Origin: Candidatus Latescibacterota bacterium
GTDB lineage: Bacteria > Latescibacterota > UBA2968 > UBA8231
Direction of reading: 5' to 3'
Assembly: GCA_965248355.1 (NCBI GenBank)
Contig: OZ252098.1
Location: forward strand, 2,144,001 to 2,208,000
DNA: 64,000 nt
The position numbers and the translations under genes were made by a program. Below, one piece after another: positions 58,936-64,000 of this stretch. The notes under the pieces were generated by a model. It had not been told where the DNA came from. It did no database searches and saw nothing but the letters and a program-made list of their open reading frames with translations. Every line of letters begins with the position of its first letter. Position 1 is the first letter of the stretch.

Positions 58936-59023
58936 GGCTCGTCGCGGTGCGGTCGGGGGTTAGGGAAACGTCCCAATATAGTGATTATTACGACGTTTCG
59001 ACAGGAAAATGGATCCCGGCCTC

Positions 59024-60286
59024 TTAGACGAAGAGCCCCACCACGCATCCCGTAAGCATCGTGGCCAGCGTTCCGGCCACGATCGAGCGCAATCCCAGCC
59101 GGGCCAGATCCCCCCGGCGCTCCGGTGCGATGCTCCCGACGCCGCCGATCATGATCGCCACCGACCCGAAGTTGGCAAAGCCGCACAGGGCGTAGACCGC
59201 GATGAGGAAGGCGCGCGGGCTCAGGACCCCCGGGTCGGCGGCCATGCGCGTGGAGAGCTCCACGTAGGCCACGAACTCGTTGAGGATCGTCTTCACGCCC
59301 ATGAGCTGGCCGATGACCGCCGCCTCCGACCACGACACCCCCATGAGCCAGCAGGGCAGGCGCAGGACCCAGCCGCTGGCGGCCTGCAGGCTCCAGGCCG
59401 CCCCCTCCTCCCCCACGACCATCCTCCCGGCCCAGCCCACGGCGAGGTTGATCAGGGCCACCAGCCCGATGAAGGCGATCAGCATGGCCAGGATGTTGAG
59501 GAACAGGCGCATGCCTTCGGAGGCCCCGCGCGCCGCCGCGTCCAGTCCGTTGAGGGTGTCGTCCGTCTCCACCTCGATGTCGCCGCCGGCGGTGACCGGC
59601 GCCTCCGTCTCCGGGTACATCAGCTTGGCCACGGCCACCGCGGCGGGGGCGCTGATCAGGGAGGCCGTGAACAGGTGGCCGGCGATCTCGGGATGGGCGC
59701 CGGCCAGCATGGTAGCGTAGACGATCATCACCGTCCCGGCGATGGTCGCCATGCCGGCGGTCATCAGGCAGAACAGCTCGCTGAGGGTCAGACGCGCCAC
59801 GTACGGACGAATCAGCAGCGGCGCCTCGGTCATGCCCAGGATGATGTTGGCGGACACCGAGACGCTCTCGGCGGCGCTGATCCCGAAGAGGCGCTGCATG
59901 AAGCGGCTCAGCTGGCGGATCGCCCAGGGCAGGATCCCGTAGTGGTACAGCACCCTGGACAGGGAGGCGACGAAGATGATGACGGCGGCGATCTCCAGGG
60001 CGACGATCGGGCCGTACGTCCGGGTGAAGTCGGCATGGGTGACGCCCATGAAGAGCAGCGACTCGTTGGCCTTGAGCGCCGTCACCTTCAGAAGCTCCGC
60101 CAGGGCGCCGACGATGGCGAAGACGTGGCCCCGCAGGCCGCTGAGCAGGAGCAGCGCCGCGAGACCGAGCTGCAGGCCGGTGGCGGCCAGCAGGATACGC
60201 CAGGGCGCGGGGCCGCATCGGGTGCCGGCGGCCCAGGCCAGCCCCAGGAGGGCCGCGTAGCCGAAGGCGCCGTGCAGGATCTCCAT
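59024..60286 (-). CDS. Concentrative nucleoside transporter (CNT/NupC family)
   Basis: ESVSVSANIILGMTEAPLLIRPY, GMATIAGT, LIAFIGLVALIN, KTILNEFVAY, YALCGFANFGS. Confidence 0.94.
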   Translation of the reverse strand: MEILHGAFGYAALLGLAWAAGTRCGPAPWRILLAATGLQLGLAALLLLSGLRGHVFAIVGALAELLKVTALKANESLLFMGVTHADFTRTYGPIVALEIAAVIIFVASLSRVLYHYGILPWAIRQLSRFMQRLFGISAAESVSVSANIILGMTEAPLLIRPYVARLTLSELFCLMTAGMATIAGTVMIVYATMLAGAHPEIAGHLFTASLISAPAAVAVAKLMYPETEAPVTAGGDIEVETDDTLNGLDAAARGASEGMRLFLNILAMLIAFIGLVALINLAVGWAGRMVVGEEGAAWSLQAASGWVLRLPCWLMGVSWSEAAVIGQLMGVKTILNEFVAYVELSTRMAADPGVLSPRAFLIAVYALCGFANFGSVAIMIGGVGSIAPERRGDLARLGLRSIVAGTLATMLTGCVVGLFV

Positions 60287-60298
60287 GGGAGCCTTCCT

Positions 60299-60961
60299 TC
60301 AGGGATGGAGCCCGAGGGCGTCCAGGGCGGCCTGGGCGACCTGGACGGGCGGACCGCCGGTGGCCAGCCGCACCGCCCCCTCCCACACGGGCAGGGAGGT
60401 CAGGTTGTCGGCGAAGCTCTCGAACCAGGGGCTGTCGACCCGCGACCCCCGGGCCTGCAGCCGCCGGCGCCAGGTCTCGCGCTCCGGGGCGTCGAGGTGG
60501 AGGACGGTCAGGCGCGCCGGAGCCACGGCCTCGGCGAAGGCGGGCCACAGGGGCGCGAAGGCCAGCTCCGGACCCCAGCCGCCGGCGAGGAAGACCACCC
60601 GGCGACCGGCGAGGTTGGCGCAGGCGGTGGCCACGGCCCCGGCGTACTCGATGGGACGCAGCCGCTGCCAATAGCGCCTGGTGCCGTAGGCCCCGGTCTC
60701 GGGGACCCCTGCCTGGCGCGCCGCCTCCAGGACGAAGGGGCCGGCGGCGGCGTCCTTGTCCACGCACAGGGACCCGGGCACCACCGGCAGGAGACGGGCG
60801 ACGAGGGCCGTCTTGCCGGCCCCCGGAGGTCCGGCGACGACGACCAGCCGGGCCCCCGGGGCTCCCGGGGCCGCGGCCTCGAGCACGGCCCGCACGGTCG
60901 GCCGGGCGTCGGGCTCGGACTCCGCGTAGCCGCCGCCGAGCCGTGCCACGGGGGCGGTCAC
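60299..60961 (-). CDS. P-loop kinase/AAA-family protein
   Basis: GTG overlaps upstream stop; VVAGPPGAGKT, VDKD, lid RRRLQARG. Confidence 0.75.
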   Translation of the reverse strand: MTAPVARLGGGYAESEPDARPTVRAVLEAAAPGAPGARLVVVAGPPGAGKTALVARLLPVVPGSLCVDKDAAAGPFVLEAARQAGVPETGAYGTRRYWQRLRPIEYAGAVATACANLAGRRVVFLAGGWGPELAFAPLWPAFAEAVAPARLTVLHLDAPERETWRRRLQARGSRVDSPWFESFADNLTSLPVWEGAVRLATGGPPVQVAQAALDALGLHP

Positions 60962-61695
60962 GGCGAGGGCGCGCCCCGGTCCCGTGGTTCCCAGCCCACC
61001 CCCTTGCCGCTCTCCAGGTCCCACTTGAGCTCGCCGCCCAGGGACGCCCCGTAGACGATGGCGAACCTCGGATCGGGGCCGGCCAGACAGCAGTGGGTGA
61101 ACTCGGCCATGTCCCGCGACGAGAGCCAGCGGTTCATGCCGGGCTCGTACCGGGAGTTGACCTCGTCGGTCTCGGGGAAGTTGGCGATGCGGAGGTTGTA
61201 GCAGGAGATCCCGTACTCGTCGTAGTAGAACCGGCCCAGGGCCTCGCCGTAGGCCTTGCTGACCCCGTACATGCTGTCCGGGCGGACCGGCAGCTCGGGG
61301 CGGGAGACGGCGCCCTCCCTCTCGTAGAAGCCGGTGACGTGGTTGGTGCTGGCGAAGACCACCTTGGGCACCCCGTTGATGCGCGCCGACTCGAAGATGT
61401 TGTAGGTGCCGCGGATATTGGTCTCGAAGATCACCTGGTTGTAGAGCGTGCGGGGCGCGCCCCGGCCGGTGACGGCGATGCCCAGGTGGACGATGGCGTG
61501 CACGCCCTCCCCGATCTCGATCATGCACTCCAGGTTGGACAGGTCGGAGACGATGACCTGGTCCCCGGGCTCCACCTCGGGGACGTTGCGGTGGAAGAGG
61601 AGGCGGAAGTCGTAGCGGTCGCGCAGGTAGCGCCTCAGGGCGCTGCCGACCTTGCCGGCCGCGCCGGTGATCAGGATACGCTTTCGGTCAGCCAT
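60958..61695 (-). CDS. NAD-dependent epimerase/dehydrogenase (uronate dehydrogenase-like extended SDR)
   Basis: LITGAAGKVG, VVFASTNHVTG, YGVSKAYGE, WLS.RD. Confidence 0.88.
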   Translation of the reverse strand: MADRKRILITGAAGKVGSALRRYLRDRYDFRLLFHRNVPEVEPGDQVIVSDLSNLECMIEIGEGVHAIVHLGIAVTGRGAPRTLYNQVIFETNIRGTYNIFESARINGVPKVVFASTNHVTGFYEREGAVSRPELPVRPDSMYGVSKAYGEALGRFYYDEYGISCYNLRIANFPETDEVNSRYEPGMNRWLSSRDMAEFTHCCLAGPDPRFAIVYGASLGGELKWDLESGKGVGWEPRDRGAPSP

Positions 61696-61740
61696 GCTCT
61701 CGGACCAGGGTTGCGGGTGAAGGACGAAGAGACGAGGGAG

Positions 61741-62892
61741 TCAGCCCCGGCTCCGTTGCCACAGGGAGATCTCGGCGCCGGCGAAGATCATGAGCAGGCC
61801 GGCCCCGCCCAGCACCGCCCACCAGGCCTGGGCGGCCCCGGCCCCCCCGGCGGCGGCGCAGGGGAGGGCGACGGCCGCCGTCAGGGCCAGGAGCACGAGC
61901 ACGGCCCGGGTGGGGTCGAGGCCGGCGGCCACGAGCCGGTGGCTGACGTGCCGGTTGTCGCCGACCCACGGCGCCGCGCCGCGGCGCAGCCGCAGCCAGA
62001 CCACGGTGACCAGGTCGTAGGCCGGCAGCGCGAAGGGCAGGATCGGCAACAGCCAGAAGGGTGCGGTGGAGAGGCCGGTGGCCGACTCCGACGACAGCAG
62101 CGAGCTGAGGGAGACGGAGACCGCTCCGGCGAGGAAGCCGAGAAACAGGCCGCCGGCGTCGCCCAGGAAGATGGAGGCGGCGGGGAAGTTGTGGATCAGG
62201 AAACCGCCCGAGGCCCCGGCCGAGGCCAGGCAGAGGATGGCCATGGGCAGGTGTCCGGCCGCCAGGGCGAGGGCCGCGCACGTCCCCAGGCCGAGGACGG
62301 CCAGCCCCGCGGCCAGGCCGTTCATGTTGTCGAGGAAGTTGAAGGCATTGGTCAGGGCCACGATCCACAGGACGCTCAGGCCGGCGGCCAGGACCGCGCT
62401 TCCGCCGGGGGCCGCCAGGCGGAACCCCGGCACCCAGAGAACGAGGGCGCCGCCGCAGACCGCCTGCACGCCCAACCGCAGGCCCGGCGGCAGGGGCCGG
62501 CGATCGTCCGCCAGGCCGAGCAGCATGATCCCCGTGGCCGCCGCCAGCAGGCAGAGGACCTGGCTGACCTGCCGGACCGTGGGGCTCCAGTCCTCCAGGG
62601 GAAAGAAGGCGTACGGCGCCCAGGGGCCGATCCACCCGACGCCGTCGTGGATCAGGTCGGGACGCACGCTCAGGAGCCAGGCGGCGGCCGCCGCGAGAGG
62701 GACGAAGGCGCCGATCCAGACGGCGAGGCCGCCTCCGCACGGCGTACGGCGGCTGTGGGTCTTGTAGTCCGCGTCGTCCGGGTCGTCCACCAGGCCGGCG
62801 CGCAGGGCCAGGTAGCGGACGGGGAGCACGGCCGCCGACGCCAGGAGCAGGGCGCTGACGGTGTACGCGGAGAGCAGGAACAGGGCGGTCAC
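61741..62892 (-). CDS. MraY/WecA-family polyprenyl-phosphate GlcNAc-1-phosphate transferase
   Basis: TPCGGGLA, LGLADD, NAFNFLDNMNGLA, NFPAASIFLGDAG, HVSHRL. Confidence 0.92.
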   Translation of the reverse strand: MTALFLLSAYTVSALLLASAAVLPVRYLALRAGLVDDPDDADYKTHSRRTPCGGGLAVWIGAFVPLAAAAAWLLSVRPDLIHDGVGWIGPWAPYAFFPLEDWSPTVRQVSQVLCLLAAATGIMLLGLADDRRPLPPGLRLGVQAVCGGALVLWVPGFRLAAPGGSAVLAAGLSVLWIVALTNAFNFLDNMNGLAAGLAVLGLGTCAALALAAGHLPMAILCLASAGASGGFLIHNFPAASIFLGDAGGLFLGFLAGAVSVSLSSLLSSESATGLSTAPFWLLPILPFALPAYDLVTVVWLRLRRGAAPWVGDNRHVSHRLVAAGLDPTRAVLVLLALTAAVALPCAAAGGAGAAQAWWAVLGGAGLLMIFAGAEISLWQRSRG

Positions 62893-62930
62893 GGCACTCC
62901 GGATCTGCGACGAGTCGGCGGGGAGGGGCT

Positions 62931-62940
62931 TATTATATCA
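62931..62940. promoter_or_regulatory. Overlapping bidirectional -10 elements
   Basis: Minus strand TGA-TATAAT (extended -10, 62932-62940) overlaps plus strand TATTAT (62931-62936) between divergent genes. Confidence 0.6.
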
Positions 62941-62970
62941 CCCCACCCGAGTCACGGACAGGAGGCGTCC

Positions 62971-64000
62971 ATGCTGGCCATCGACGGGGGAAGACCGGTT
63001 CGAGAGACTCCCTTTCCGCCCCGCGCCTTGTTCGGCGCCGCCGAGAGGGAAGCCGCCCTGCGGCTCTTCGATCAGGCCATCGACAGCGGCTCCCCCATCG
63101 GCTACGGGGGCCCCGAGGAGCAGGCCTACGAGGCCGCCTTCGCCGCCGCCCACGGGGGCGGCTTCGCCGATCTGGTCAACTCCGGCACCTCGGCCCTGTA
63201 CGCCGCCCTCGGAGGGATGGAGCTGGAACCGGCGGCCGAGGTGGTGGTGCCGCCGATCACCGATCCCGGGGGCGTCATGCCGGTGGCGCTGCTGAACCTG
63301 GTTCCCGTCGTGGCCGACGCGGCGCCCGGCAGCTTCAACGCCGGCGCCGAACAGATCGAGGCCGTGCTGTCACCCCGCACGAAGGCGATCCTGGTGGCCC
63401 ACATCGCCGGGGAGCCGGCGGACATGGACCCCGTCCTGGAGCTGGCCGGCCGCCGCGGCCTGCCGGTGATCGAGGACTGCGCCCAGGCCCACGGGGCCCG
63501 GTACCGCGGGCGTACCGTCGGCACCCTCGGGGCGGCGGCCGTGTTCTCGACGATGAGCGGCAAGCATCACGCCACCGGACCCCAGGGAGGGGTCGTGTTC
63601 AGCACCGACGAGGCCCTCGGCTGGCGCTGCAAGCGCTTCGCCGACCGCGGCAAGCCCCTCGGCCTGGAAGGCGGGTCCAACGCGCGCGCCGGGCTGAACC
63701 TCAACGGCAACGAGCTGGCCGCCGCCGTGGGGCGCGTGCAACTGCGCCGGCTTCCGGAGATCACCGCCGGCCGCCGCCGGGTGGCGCAGTCGATCGCCGC
63801 GGGCCTGGAGTCGATCGGGGCCGTGAGCTGCGCGCCGGAACTCCCGGGCGCCGAGGCCGTGTACTGGTTTCTGCGCGTCCACGTCCGCGGCGAAGGGTTG
63901 ACCGTCGGCAAGGACCGCTTCGCCCGCGCCGTGGCGGCCGAAGGCATCCCGGTGAACCCGTCCTACCGGTACCTGCCCGCGGAGGCCGAGTGGTTCCGTG
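62971..64000 (+). CDS. DegT/DnrJ/EryC1/StrS aminotransferase (runs off window end)
   Basis: Not in ORF track; AGGAGG RBS, MLAIDGGRPVR...VNSGTSAL...RTKAILVAH...VIEDCAQAHGA...FSTMSGKH. Confidence 0.93.
   Translation, partial: MLAIDGGRPVRETPFPPRALFGAAEREAALRLFDQAIDSGSPIGYGGPEEQAYEAAFAAAHGGGFADLVNSGTSALYAALGGMELEPAAEVVVPPITDPGGVMPVALLNLVPVVADAAPGSFNAGAEQIEAVLSPRTKAILVAHIAGEPADMDPVLELAGRRGLPVIEDCAQAHGARYRGRTVGTLGAAAVFSTMSGKHHATGPQGGVVFSTDEALGWRCKRFADRGKPLGLEGGSNARAGLNLNGNELAAAVGRVQLRRLPEITAGRRRVAQSIAAGLESIGAVSCAPELPGAEAVYWFLRVHVRGEGLTVGKDRFARAVAAEGIPVNPSYRYLPAEAEWFR

Overview
High-GC bacterial DNA. The gene families present (FlgD-Ig/'NGDGIND' C-terminal proteins, a C-terminal 'WGxxK' protein, a DUF6785-like membrane protein, CRTAC1/ASPIC-UnbV, PhyH) suggest an FCB-group organism such as Ca. 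Latescibacterota; this is inference only. 1-8.1 kb is core genome (mutS 5' part, rpsA, cmk, rluB, scpB, scpA, HNH nuclease, gcvH, efp, TPR protein, tRNA-Lys). Directly after the tRNA lies a ~17.5 kb co-directional locus of uncharacterised envelope genes, the best candidate for an undescribed system. In transcription order it holds: a small secreted protein with a 'TAVEAESWGRVKA' tail, a perfect 15-bp stem-loop, three paralogous secreted discoidin-like proteins with a shared C-terminal Ig-like domain ending VAY*, two paralogous ~950-aa D/N-rich putative outer-membrane barrels, a parvulin lipoprotein and an inner-membrane DUF6785-like protein. A ~300-bp internally deleted IS3 relic sits at its 5' end. 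26-44 kb holds catabolic/accessory genes, several damaged by internal deletions. 44.5-57.3 kb is a sigma54-controlled MacAB-like exporter with four permeases, a two-component system and a DUF5686-like outer-membrane protein. The window ends with nucleoside-transporter, kinase, SDR, WecA-like and DegT-like genes. No CRISPR array, rRNA or intact integrase/transposase was seen. Family assignments come from recognising motifs by eye, not from database searches.
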